From Thelocarpon superellum (taxonomy: Eukaryota), in contig JAPEUG010000099.1 of assembly GCA_026025795.1 (NCBI GenBank), forward strand, positions 1-47,776: a DNA stretch of 47,776 nucleotides, given 5' to 3'. Shown here piece after piece: positions 36,277-47,776 of the stretch. The notes beneath the pieces are model-generated. The model searched no databases. It saw only the letters and a program-made list of their open reading frames with translations, and was not told where the DNA came from. The position numbers were made by a program, and so were the translations under genes. Numbering within the stretch: the first letter of the stretch is position 1; every line of letters starts with the position of its first letter.

Positions 36277-37082
36277 ATGGCTTCCAAACCCACGTACCCC
36301 CCTGGAGGGACCTTCTTCGACACCATGAAGAAGTCATTCGCCGATGTGCCCATCAATACGGAAAAGGACAATGCTATCTCAACCAGTGAATTTCTGGAAG
36401 CGGCCGAAACCTTGACTGGGCTCTTTGGTAGCTTGGCCTACCCTCGCCATGCTCAGTTGAGACGAGATCGCTCACATAAGAGCAGACGTCTTGGGATCCG
36501 TGGCTTTTACGCCGGTCAAATCAGATATCCTGGGCAACGTTAAGGTTTGTGCTCCCGCCGTCGCCGGTTCATCTCTTCTTGGCGGAGCAGCTGGTTGATC
36601 TCGAAGCCAATTCTAGAAAATCCGTGACCGACAGCTTGCGGCGCCCGCCGATTCAGAGGACCTACAATCCCTCGTGGTCAACGAGCTCAAGACCAAGAAG
36701 CATACGGCGGCCGAGGGGTTGCTCTGGCTCGTCCGGTACGGTCCCGGTCCGTCCATCAGTCCGAGCGCAAAGCAACTGACATGGTTGCAGGGGCCTGGAC
36801 TTCACCGCCCAAGCCCTCCGCTTGAACATCAGCTCGACGGAAGAGCTGTCGACGTCCTTTCGCACGTCCTACGGCTCCACCCTCAAACCGTTTCACAGCT
36901 TCATGGTCAAGCCCATCTTTAGCGCCGCCATGTCCGCTACCCCCTACCGTGCCGATTTTTACAGCAAGCTGGGCGATGACCCGGAGAAGGTGCAAAGCGG
37001 CTTGAAGGTCTGGCTCTCGGCCCTAGAGAACCAGGTCAAGATTCTGAAGGCATTCCAAAGCCGCAAAGAAGCCCAGTGGTAG
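36277..37082 (+). CDS. het-c2: Glycolipid transfer protein (GLTP/HET-C2 family), ~206 aa
   Basis: Introns 36428-36485, 36545-36616 and 36736-36790. Motifs VKSDILGNVKKI, EGLLWLVRGLDF and YGSTLKPFHSF.VKPIF. Confidence 0.92.
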
Positions 37083-37270
37083 TCTCGCAGCGCGGGCGGC
37101 GATCGAGAGGACGTCGACGACGATATAGGAACATCTCAGCTCATTGACTTGGCTTGTTCGCACGAGTCTTGAAACGAGGCTTGAAAGGATTGACCACGAT
37201 GCCAACGAGCACGCATGAATCCAAGCGTGACCCTTCAGATCTTCTCTGCTCCAGCGGGCCGACAGCCGTC

Positions 37271-40200
37271 TTACGTGTAGATGCTCTCCGTGTAGGCATT
37301 GATGGCCAGCCCGCGTTCGGCCATCTCCGCATCTCGGAGAAAGTCCATCTGCATCCACACCAGGTGCCCCTTGACCTGGTCCAGCTTCGCGCGAACATCG
37401 GCCGCGGGCATGAAGGCATCGTAGAGATGACCAGCCTTGATGCCCTTGGGCAAGAAGCCGTCGTATTCCTGGAACGTTTTGACTGCGCCCGTGCGCGTTA
37501 GTTGCGATGTCATGACCGACGGAGACGAAAGGCCACACGTACCATTATCGTCGGGATCGGCGTGGAAGAGGTGGCGAAAGATCTCGGTGTTGCGGGTGGC
37601 GTTGCCCGTCCACATGTCCCACACTTGATCGCTCATCGGATCTGCCACGAATTCATACTCCGACCCTTCGTAAATATCATTGGGCGAGTCGCCCGGCGGC
37701 TGCGCATTGGGATGCTTGCTTGCATCAATCTTCTGCGCCGGAAGCAATCCCAGGTGCTCGCGCCACAGATAGCGCCGTAGGGTCGCTGCGTGATAACCGG
37801 CCTTGAATGGAGCTCCGTCCATGGTGCTCTCAAGGATCTTCGTGTCCTCCATGACGATGGCAAGTTCGCTATCATGGAGACCGGTTTGCGACTGATGCTG
37901 CCGTTAGCAGATGGGCAGGTGAAGGATGGCAGCAATGTACCCGATCATTGATGTTGGCACTTCCACAGATGACGATCTTGTCGTCGACGATGCAGAGCTG
38001 ACATGGGTCAGATTGATGACCGCGGAAGGGGATGCCGCACTAACTTTGCCATGGATGTAGAGCTCTTCCTGCACGAAATTCTCCGTCTCCGTGTTTGGCT
38101 CGCCGTCCCAGGGCTCGTCCGACACCTTTCCTCCTCCCAACATGGCAGTCTTGGCGATTGAATCGGCGGAAGATGTGCCCTTGTTCACGCCGGCCGCATC
38201 CTGAGACGCTTCAAACTTCCGCTTCGAGTCGATGTCGGCCTCTTCTTTCTCATTCCCACTGATATCCTGTCGGTGCTGGCGTCCACCCGGATCATCTTCA
38301 TCGCCATAGATACCATCGCCCATGATCTCCTCTGCCTGCTCCCGTTGCACCGTCTCGTATTTGACGCCGGAAAGTTCTTCTTGTTTCTTCATGGCCGGTG
38401 TCTTATTCAGGCGATCATACGAGCGGAGGTTGAAGAAGAAGATGTGCTCTGTGACGGTCAGTTCCATCGCCCAGAGGGCTTCAAGAGCAAGGAGGCCTCA
38501 CGCTTCGGATCTACACCCTGGGCTTCGATCTGCGCAAAGATAGAATGTTCTCCCCTGCAGATGGATTTGTATTGATAGTCCATGATGGCCCTGTGTCTAG
38601 GTGAGTCGCGGCGGGATCATCTCGACTCTCATACCGCAATCACATACCTCGTTCCTGCTGCCGCGTCCTCACGCAGATCACCGGCAAAGCCTGGGATGGT
38701 CGGGATGAGGATGATGACTCGAAATTTGCGGCCCTCTTTCCCAGCTCGGACGCATGCGTCGACGATCGCCCGCCCGATGGTGTTGTGAATGGGAGATTGC
38801 TCCGGCCCCGTCGCCGTGACTGAACGGATCAGCGATCGCGATGAAAGGAGGGGCGGAAGGGGAGGTACGGACTGAAGAATTGGTTTTCAATGTACACGTA
38901 ATGCTGCGCATTGCGGATGACCTCGATGTAGGCGTTCTGAATGCTGTGTTCCGTTAAGATACCACTGCTCCAATCGGCACTGCTCCGGACGATCTGGGCA
39001 TGGACAGTGCCGCGGGCACCGCCTAGCTTGGTTTTCATGGGGCTCAGGGGATGGTGAACGTAGCCGCCCACCGGAAAGGATGGTCGCTGGACGCCGACGA
39101 GATCTTCATCTGCACCCTCTCGGCCCTCGAGGGTCAGCCAACACACGTTCTCATCCCGTTTCGCCTTATCGCGCTTGACGAAATTCCAGCGCTATGGCGA
39201 CCATCGTGTCAGCACAGACTCGCCCAGCCGTCGACGGGAGTGGTACCCACCAAGACGAAATGCTCGGCAATGTCGTAGACACAATCTCCGATGAGCCCCA
39301 TGGCGGTGTCGTGCCATGGCATGCGTCCATATTCGGCTTTGCTGAGCTCGTTGGATTTCCTGTACTCCGTCACGGTCAGTGCGATGCATCGGTCGCGGAT
39401 CGGTGGCCACGTGCCAGTCATGGACGCTTTCGAAATCCTTGATGCGATTCTGCTCGGGTTAGCCCGTATTTCCCGGCCACGGGCACCGCTGTTGGTTACA
39501 CACGTTATTCCAATCTTGGCCCGGCCAGAGCTCATTGGCGACGCCAGCCGGATGCACGTCGGCCAGCTGATGCTGGTGATTATCCCACCGGCCGAAACAT
39601 AGGTCCAAGCCACCGATGAAGGCGACATTATAATCGATGACGATAAACTTCTCGTGGTGTGCCTGGAGGATGTTAGGCCAACCTTGGGAAGGGTGTGACA
39701 ACGTCATACCCAGTAGAAAGTCATGTCGCTCGCATTCTCAAAGACGTTGTGATCGGGGTGGCGCAGGACTCTGATGTTACCGAAACCAGGAGTGCCCTCT
39801 GGGCATAAAGACAAAAGGGCATGTTTGGTATGGGCGGAGTTGCATGATACCGCTTGCTCCACCTTGCGCGACCACGGTGATCAGTAAGCGGTCAACTTTA
39901 CCTCCGCCGTGATGGGCGCTCACCTCCTTGTAGACGATGATATAGATTTTGACGCCAGCTTCTGCTCGACGCTTCAAGACCTGGTCCAGGCGCCACTCTT
40001 GATTGTAGTATGGCGGACGACGTAAGAACTGGCCATCAGCGAGGACACGGTCCGAGGACTATTCCACAACGTACTAGCTCGGGCGAGAGCCACCAGTCGG
40101 CGATGTAGATGGTCTCGGTCGCGCGTTCCAAGGCCACGGAGACTGCCTTGATGTCCGTCTCCCAGTCAGGGGCTACTCATGCTTTCGAGAGTACGAGGAC

Positions 40201-40593
40201 GGCACTTACCCAGAAATAATCCAAGCCATCCACATACCACTTGATCAGATTTCCGTCTCGTTCGGGTGCGAATGACTTGAAGCGATGACCATCGCCGATT
40301 CTGGTACGCTTCTCGTCGGTGGCTTTCTCATGCGCCTCGTCGTGTCGGTGGTTGGGGTTCTTGCTCATTGGTCAGCATTGATCTGATCAAGGGGCCATGG
40401 ATCGCTCTCCTACAAAGATGTTCTTGAACTTGCCGATCTCGTGTTTCTTGTGCACGAGTTTTACTTTGAGCTCCTCGAGCGACGCATTCTCGAATTTATC
40501 ACGGAGGGCTTTGAAGGGATGTTTGAATCGGTCGGAATGGGAGCTCGGTTCGGCGTTGGGGTGGGCGGGATCGGGATTGTTGGAGGACGACAT
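37271..40593 (-). CDS. pldA: Phospholipase D, short form lacking PX/PH domains, ~854 aa, 14 introns
   Basis: Two HKD motifs, [19 protein letters not shown] and [20 protein letters not shown]; also RMPWHD and YIENQFFI. Introns: 40413-40360, 40209-40147, 40074-40029, 39923-39863, 39709-39663, 39503-39450, 39414-39360 (GC-AG), 39250-39192, 38872-38820, 38647-38591, 38501-38449, 38044-37998, 37940-37892, 37542-37483. Exons sum to 2565 nt. Confidence 0.92.
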
Positions 40594-41250
40594 GGTGGGG
40601 TCAACGAAGCTCAAGCAGCACGGATGGTATGAAGTGGGACGAGATACTTTCTAGATGCGGAGCACCATCGACTGACATCGAGCTGCACCCTGGATCTGTC
40701 GACGACGATGACGAGTGCTGGGAGCGGGGAGGGAAGAAGGTGGTTCGACAGCTGAAGGTGGGACGGATGCGGCATGTTGCTCCTCGGCGATGGTCCCTGA
40801 ATCTGAGAGCGTCATAACTGAAGCTCTGCCAAGTGCGAGCGACCTTACCCGACTAGGTTGTCGGGTGACCCCGCCGCGGGGGCGCCTCAGCTGCCTCGAT
40901 CTCGTCTAAAGTGCCACGAGTGACAACGAGTACTCTTGGACGGCGCCGCGTCAGTTTCAACGCAGCAGACGCCCTGGGCTGGTCTGATGATATAGTCCGC
41001 CCGTGAAGCTACACCGCGCTCTTAGGAGGCTAGTGTCAAGGCCAACTTCCCAAGAGAAGTCGCAAGTCTACCAGTAGCCTGCCCGTCGTGGCGTGGGGGA
41101 ACGTAATTGGCGGACATCTAGAGATGCAATCTGGCGCTGAATGTTCCACGTGTAGGAATCAGAGCTGAATTGCTAATCTATGCGTAGTTGGGATAGTGAT
41201 AGGAGTGGGCACGTGACAAGGTCGAGTGCGCGCTCCTACACACGGCAGAT

Positions 41251-42127
41251 TCAGAACCATCCAAAACTTCCATCAAATGCAGGTATCTCAAACTTCTCCT
41301 CGACGCGAAAGTTGTCCAAGCGTGGGATCTCGTCAGATTCATAGAAGCCCAATAATGCATCCATCTCCGCTTCGTCCATCGTGCAGAGATCCTCGAGGCT
41401 CCAAGACTCGCAGACTTTGGACATCCTAGACGGGGAACAGGGTCAGCCGGACGAGCAGCGCAAGCAGGACGGAAGACGGTCCGAGCACCCACCACTGCAT
41501 CCGTTTGGGACCTTCTTCCGCCGCCGGGGCTATCTTTCGAAGCTTGCGTCGCAGCTGTCCGACCTTGGCGATGGCCGATCCAATATTGCGGGGGAGGCTC
41601 GCGGCGATCTGTTTTCGCACGATGCTGGCCAGCTTGGGTCCGTTGCCATTGGTGCTGACCATGATCTGCAGCGGGCCGTCGCGGTGTACACTGCCAAAGT
41701 AGAAGTCACACTCTGGTGGCACATCCGCGATGTTGGCGGCGATTCGTCGCTCATGGCACAACCGATAGATGGTCGACGAGGCCGCGGCGTCATCCACCGC
41801 CGTCAACACCATGTCGACATGGTCCAGATCCGCCGGCTCAAACTTGCGGTCGACGTAGTCCACTTGCCTCTGCTCTACTCGATAGGCCACTTCGTCATTT
41901 AGCCCTTCACGCGGGCAGACCACGGTCACTTTGGCGTCGGCATTCAAGACATTCAGGATGCGACCGGCAGCCACCTAGACATCGTCACACATGCTGTCAT
42001 GGGTCACAGCGTACTTGGGGTGCTCGCTCACCTCGCCCCCACCAACGACCAAGACCCTCTTGTCTTTGATTTGCCACGCCAGCAGCAGCGACCCTCCACC
42101 TTGCACCTCTGCGAATTTCGCCGTCAT
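41251..42127 (-). CDS. MET8: Siroheme biosynthesis precorrin-2 dehydrogenase/ferrochelatase, ~250 aa
   Basis: Motifs GGSLLLAWQ, VLVVGGGEVAAGR, NIADVPPECDFYFGS and STNGNGPKLA. Introns 42031-41975 and 41492-41426. An alternative in-frame ATG lies at 42145. Confidence 0.93.
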
Positions 42128-42430
42128 GGTAGGGGGATCCACCATCCAGAGAGGAGAGATTTTGCGTGTGTTGGGTAGACATGTCTATCACCTGGACAAG
42201 GATGCATATCCGGCTCACGGCATCATTCGATCGCAGAGAAGATGACGAGATTAGATAAGATTCGATTAGATCGAGTTGGCGCCGCTTACCCAATCATTGG
42301 ACGTCCTTGGCCGGATGATCTCTCTCCACCCCTCTCACGAGCCTGCCCCGTGTCGTCGCCGCTACTTTATTGCATGCTGTCGGTGTAGGCATCGAGGGTC
42401 GGTGATCTGTGCGGCCCGATCACTCGTACC

Positions 42431-44671
42431 ATGGCATCGCCGCGGAAGCTTGGCGGTGGACGGGTGCTGGGGACGGGTCGATCATTGTCCCCTGCCATCG
42501 CCGCCGCCGCCACCGCCAAACGGAGCTCCAGCCTCATCTCGCCATCCGTGAGCTCCGTCTCGCTCAGCTCCCAGGTGTCGACCGATACTTCGACAGAGGC
42601 TCAAGACCTGAGTTCGCGTGTGTCTCTGGACCGCGGCGACCCGGCGGCGGCGGATGTCAGCACAGCCCACTCAAGACTGGTCTGTCCGATATGTAACGAG
42701 GATATGGTATGAATGGTTATGGACTGGGTTTATGCTCGACGCTGACTTGCGTCTAGGTGACCTTGTTGCAGCTCAACAGGTAGTCTTTCAACGTTCGGCT
42801 CCGTCAAGCCAGCTGACCCTTTCAGACACCTGGACGATGACCACCAGAACCTGGAGGAGGTGGAGCAGGATGAAGTCAAGAGCTGGTTCAAGACGCAGAT
42901 GATCAAAGCCAAACGGTTCCAGCCGTTGGCGGTGCTGAATCAAAAGCTCAAGGGTCTCGACGCTTTTGAGCCGAACGAGGTGACTGTAGGTCCGACGGCG
43001 CCGACCAAGACCTCCACGGCGCCAGCGGAGGTGTCGAGACCAGACCCGGATGAGGTGGTTACGCGAGCCCACTGGCAACGGTCCACGGGCAACGATCTCT
43101 GCGGCGAACCGATGTGCGGGCGATCGCTGAATGTGGTCAACGGGAACGTCAACTGCCGGAAGTGTGGAAAGCTCTTCTGCGAGGACCACACCATGTATCA
43201 GATGAAGCTCTCAAGATCGGCGCAACATGAGCCGGTACGAGGCTTCTGGTGCCGCACGTGCGAGACGTGCTACAAGTCGCGGGAAGGCTACAACGATCAT
43301 CATGGTAGGGAATCTGTCGAGGGTGAATAGGCGAAGCTGATCAGGTTTCAGGGGTATGCAAAGATCATAGCAGCACTTTTACGGCATTGCGACGAAAGAA
43401 CGTCGATAAGGCGTACCTGGACGTGACGCGGTTAGAGAAGCGCCTGACGAAACTGACTCGACTACTGACCCAGTCGGTGGAAGAGAATGGAGCGGGGGCA
43501 GGCAGCGTGTTATGGCCATTATCAGGCCCCAAGAGCCCGCGGAAGATGTTGGAGCAGTCGGTGGTGACGTGGGAAGACGATGCGTCGGTGGCAAAGTGTC
43601 CATTTTGCCAACAGGAATTCTCCAATTACGCCTTTCGACGACATCATTGTCGCTTGTGTGGACGTGTGGTCTGTGGCGATCCTCGGACGGGATGTTCGAC
43701 CGAGGTTGGGTTGGATATTACCGCAAGTACGTGAAGGGAAGATGACGAGTGGGCCACACTGACTTTGGTAGACACGAACAGTCACACGGAAAAAGACTCG
43801 ACGCACGTCAGCGTAGATGTGCGCATGTGTCGGGATTGTCACAAGATCGTGTTTGGCCGACGAGACTTTGCGCAAGCATCGGCCGCACGACCCCCGGCGG
43901 TGAAGGCCTACGAGACTCTGGTGCAGTTTGAGCGAGGCATTCGATTGATGCTGCCCAAATTCCAACAACTTCTTACTGCCTTACAGTGAGTGATTTGCAG
44001 CATGAGAGGGGGTGATCGGGCTGGACTGAACCATCTGCAGAGACCCCAAGCACGTGCCGTCACCGACACAGCTCTCGGAGGCGTCCAAAGTACGAAGACG
44101 ATTAATGGAGTCGTTTTCTAAATATGACGCGGCGGCCCGACGACTCCGTGATCTCCCATCCACATCGTCGACACAGCAGCGTCTCCAAAAAGCCATCTAC
44201 CAGAAGAGCACCAACTTTCTCCATCTGCACATGCTGCCTCTCCGCGCGCTTCCCAAAGTGCTCAACCACGCCGCGCCACCCAACGGCCACGCTCCCTCAC
44301 CGCTCACGCCGCGGACGAATGGGCGGCGGTCTTTGCTGGGTATCAAAGGACAAGACGTGGAGTCAACAGCATCAAGCAACATCAGTTCCACGTCAAGCGG
44401 GACGATCTCCATCGCGGCCGTGAGCGCGCTCGAAGCGGAGGAGAAGGAGCTGCGCGATCGACTGATTGTGCTCGAGGAGCAGCAGTTCTTCGTCCACGAG
44501 ATGATCGCGGACGCGAACAAGCGGCGCAAATTCGACGAGGTCGGGGCCCTAGCGCAGAACGAGGACGATTTGAGGAGGGAGATTCGCGTCGTTGAGGGCC
44601 AACTTGCGAGGTTGGACTTTGCAGGGGCGTACACCGCGGGTCCCGCTGCGGGCGATATGGTTGTCACGTAG
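42431..44671 (+). CDS. PEP7: Vacuolar segregation protein Pep7/Vac1 (rabenosyn-like; C2H2 plus FYVE zinc fingers), ~665 aa
   Basis: CPICNEDMVTLLQLNRHLDDDH; FYVE-type motifs NCRKCGKLFC and WEDD..CPFC..RRHHCRLCGRVVC; C-terminal coiled coil with RKFDEV. Introns 42707-42756, 42780-42825, 43305-43351, 43727-43771 and 43986-44040. Confidence 0.93.
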
Positions 44672-44745
44672 CTGGCTCAGAGGGTAGTTTGGCTTTTCGT
44701 GCGTGTTGATACCATGGGGACTCATCGGTGCGAACATTATCATTC

Positions 44746-44747
<2 letters not shown>

Positions 44748-44777
<30 letters not shown>
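44748..44777. repeat. (ATC)10 microsatellite
   Basis: Ten perfect ATC units between the convergent PEP7 and macrodomain 3' ends. Confidence 0.95.
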
Positions 44778-44778
<1 letters not shown>

Positions 44779-44941
44779 GCTGAGAGAGTCATTTATCGAT
44801 TGATTGATCCGAGATCCAGTCCATCCATGCATCTAAGCTTCCGTCACTTCATGTCGTGTCGTGTCACGTGCTGTCGTATCCGACCTTACCGTGTTCTCTC
44901 TACGACGCAGACGAAGAAGAGAGACAGATCCTGGACAGCCG

Positions 44942-45199
44942 TCAAGAAGGCGGAGAGAGATCCTCGGGAGCCGGAGGGAAAACGATGCTGTTGAAGGAAG
45001 GCAGTGAGCTTGTGTACTTTCCAACACCAATGGTTGCGCACAGGTGGCGTGAGGTAGAAGGAGCGGGGAAAGAAGGAGAAAAGGAGAAAAGGAGAAAGTA
45101 ACGTACGGAAGAACGGCCTCGTAAGCCTGCACGTCCTTGTCCCCGAAGCAGCAGAAGATGACTCTGTCCACTTTCCCTCGTTTTCCATCTTTCTTCTCC

Positions 45200-45234
<35 letters not shown>

Positions 45235-45900
45235 TTGCTCCTCCAGGAACCGTCTCACTTCCTTGGCAGCTACTGTGGCAGCCTCGAGGAGGGGGTACCT
45301 ATAGACGCCCGTGCTGATGCACGGGAACGCCACGCTCTTCTCTCCCCCCCCGTCTACACCCCATTCTTCCACATCGTCCACGTCGTCCCGTACCAGCTCC
45401 AACGAGGTACGATAACACCCCGAAAGTAGCACCTTCGCACGCTCTTCCTCACGTCCTCCTTGGACGTCTCCCCGGGGTCGTCCCCGAGCCCGAGAGGAAG
45501 TAGGGTAGATAGGTCCAACGGCGTGCACGACCTTCTTCACCGGCAGATCCCCCGCGCGCGTAATCTTGGCCGACCCGGTCTCGCAGCCCCCCAAGGTGTG
45601 GCATTCAGCGAGCAGGCGTGGGCCAGCGGCGCAGTGGATGGCGCCGTCCACGCCGCCGCCGCCAAGAAGAGAGGTGTTGGCTGCGTTGACGATGTGAGAG
45701 ACGTTGAGGGCCGTGATGTCGTGCTGGAGGAGACTGATCCGGCTGTTCAGGGCGTGCGAGGGTAGGTAGGTGGTCGTGTGCCCTTCCTGGTCTCCACCTC
45801 CCGCAACGCCCGCCCGAGGGGAGACAAGTGGAATTGCGGAGCGCTGGTAGAGCTGTGAGAGGGTCGGGATGGAACGTAGTCGCTTGATGGTTCGTGCCAT
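44942..45900 (-). CDS. MacroD-type macrodomain protein (O-acetyl-ADP-ribose deacetylase / mono-ADP-ribosyl hydrolase), ~279 aa
   Basis: Motifs IVNAANTSLLGGGGVDGAIH, VHAVGP and AFPCISTGVY. Intron 45106-44988. Contains an (HE)5 repeat insert. Confidence 0.9.
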
Positions 45901-46521
45901 TTCGCCTCTCTCGTTCCTTCTGGTATTGTTGGTGGTGGTGGCGGTGGTGGTGGATCAACTGATAGAGTTCTAGAGGAGGGCCTCGACTCGAGGCGCTCGA
46001 GAAGGAGAGAAGAGAAGTAGAGGATTAGAGGTCTAGAAATTTACTAGATCAATCTTGTTTCGTAGTGGTGATTGTGTGTTTGCCATCAAGCAGCTGCCTC
46101 CTGTAATAAGAACGCATTGCTTTCGAGCCCAACAGAGGCGGATTCACTGCTACAGCTATTGTCTTGGCTTTCACTGTGGTTGACAGGATGGAAAGAGCCA
46201 AACCGGCTGAATCATGTACGAGACCGGCCTCGCCTCCACCATTCAACCATTCGAGTGCTCGGTGAGTTTGCTGACTATGATAGTCTGCCTTGACACACGG
46301 GTCCTATCCCGTTCCAGCTGCAATTCGTCGTTGAAAAGCACCTTGGGTGTTGGACAGGGTAATAGCAGTTTTCAGCCGACGAGGCTTCTGTCGATTGATA
46401 GCATAACCTCGCCTCGGACCTTCCACGCGGGGTCCCTCCGAGGTCATGCGTTGAGTGCTTCCAGCATCGTCTGCGAGCGTGGCAAGAAGGACCGATCGAA
46501 TGGCCATCGACGTAGGTCGAC

Positions 46522-47370
46522 ATGGGCGATCTCATCTCCCACGGCGTAACCAGGATGGTGTTGAGTCTCAACGTCGTGCTCAAATTGCCATTCAACAAGT
46601 GCGGGCTGCCGTCCATCGACGTCGAGAAGCGTGTGTCCGACGGGCTTCTACGCTTATGTGGGCCCTGGTACAATGGCTTCGTGCTGCAACGCGCGGCACA
46701 CCAGCATGTTCGATGCATCTTCAGGACGCCTACGATCCAGCCGCCGTCTCTCGAACTTCGCGTGCTTGGATCCAGTAGGTTGTCGCGGCCGTCATCCGCA
46801 TCCACGCTCGAGGTATCGTGCCCTGTGACATCCCTTACAACAACGTCTTTATCAATGAGAACTAGGACGCCAAGCTTGCGGACTTTGCGAGCTCCTCGAT
46901 CGATGGCAGTGAGCCACTGGTACTGTGGAGGCTCCATACGGGAGCTCGAGGCTTCTGAGTAAGCCGCCTCACGTGACCCACAATAGCTGTATATTACAAC
47001 GACGGATAGCTTCCGTAGAATAGACCGCCCATCTCCAGTGGAATAACCGGGGTGCGTCAGTATTGTACGAGGCCAGTCACCGGCACCCGCGCGATGCTGT
47101 CGTATCGACCCGGCCCGACAGGTTTGCCCTAGGCTCGACCATCTACGAGATGCTACATGGTCATCCACCCCACCACCCCACCACCCTACCACCCCACCAC
47201 CCCGCCACCCCGCCACCCCATGGAAGCCGCTGCCATCAAACAGGCATGCAGTGATGAGATATATGCCGAGTTCAATTGCTGCCAGCGTTTGGACCATCGT
47301 TGTGAAATGCTGGACAGCACAACATGATAGCGCACAGGACTTGCTGGTCGAGGTCGAAGCTGCCAGTGTT
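46522..47370 (+). pseudogene. Decayed Ser/Thr protein kinase
   Basis: Kinase fragments across frames: VVLKLP..IDVEKRV; WIQ*..IHARGIVPCDIPYNNVFINEN*DAKLADFASSSIDGSEPL; DRFALGSTIYEMLHGHPP; IVVKCW. Stops at 46776-46778 and 46863-46865, frameshifts, and a 140-bp insertion. Confidence 0.8.
47165..47220. repeat. Seven tandem 8-mers CCACCCYR (G-rich on the minus strand)
   Basis: ccacccca ccacccca ccacccta ccacccca ccaccccg ccaccccg ccacccca, inside the kinase pseudogene. Confidence 0.9.
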
Positions 47371-47776
47371 TCCGCCTGGCCATTGCAGGGGTCCCTACCA
47401 CCAAGTCTGTCCATCTGTCGCTGTCACCATGAGACCACGACCCACATTCGCTGCCTCCATTCTCAAGCAATGCGAGACGCTCTTCCAGCCTATCATTCTT
47501 TCTCCTCTGGCCTTGTGCATCGCGTTTCTCCCACCTTTCCTCATTCATCATGGGTTGAAGAAAATCAGTTGCTGATCCGGTGGCCCCGGACTCGGCCCGT
47601 ATCTATGAACGAAAGCTCAACCGTGTAGGGATGTGGGATTCAACTCAGATTTCCACCCCATTCCCTAGCCCGGTTCCTATCCCTTCCCCGAATCCTCCTT
47701 CAAGCCGACAATCCGATTCAACACAATCTTCCCATCCACCTGATCTTGATCCATGGCAAAATAGGCCACTCGCATC

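Noticed and set aside
1..47776. CRISPR arrays, rRNA, intact transposons, prokaryotic operons
   Set aside because: Eukaryotic intron-containing DNA; no repeat-spacer array, rRNA signature, transposase or reverse transcriptase motif seen.

Overview
GC-rich, intron-containing genomic DNA from a filamentous ascomycete (Pezizomycotina; inferred from short GT-AG introns with CTRAC branch sites and the fungal eEF3 gene). I traced 16 protein-coding genes by hand. In order: glycine-zipper/His-rich protein, secreted Cys-rich protein, eEF3, EMW1/TTC27, multi-pass membrane protein, SMY2/GIGYF GYF protein, EGT2, MDR reductase, NAD(P)-binding oxidoreductase, IMP2, SPO71, HET-C2/GLTP, short phospholipase D (14 introns, one GC-AG), MET8, PEP7 and a macrodomain protein. 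A decayed protein-kinase pseudogene lies near the right end. The most notable non-coding signal is a ~1.6 kb, densely base-paired plus-strand region (~16850-18430). It has a hairpin followed by TAACCCT, an H-type pseudoknot and a terminal ATAAGT, making it a candidate telomerase RNA, possibly with a variant template. A second compact structured or regulatory element occupies the first ~360 bp. Helices were found by eye, not by folding software, and family calls rest on remembered motifs rather than database searches.
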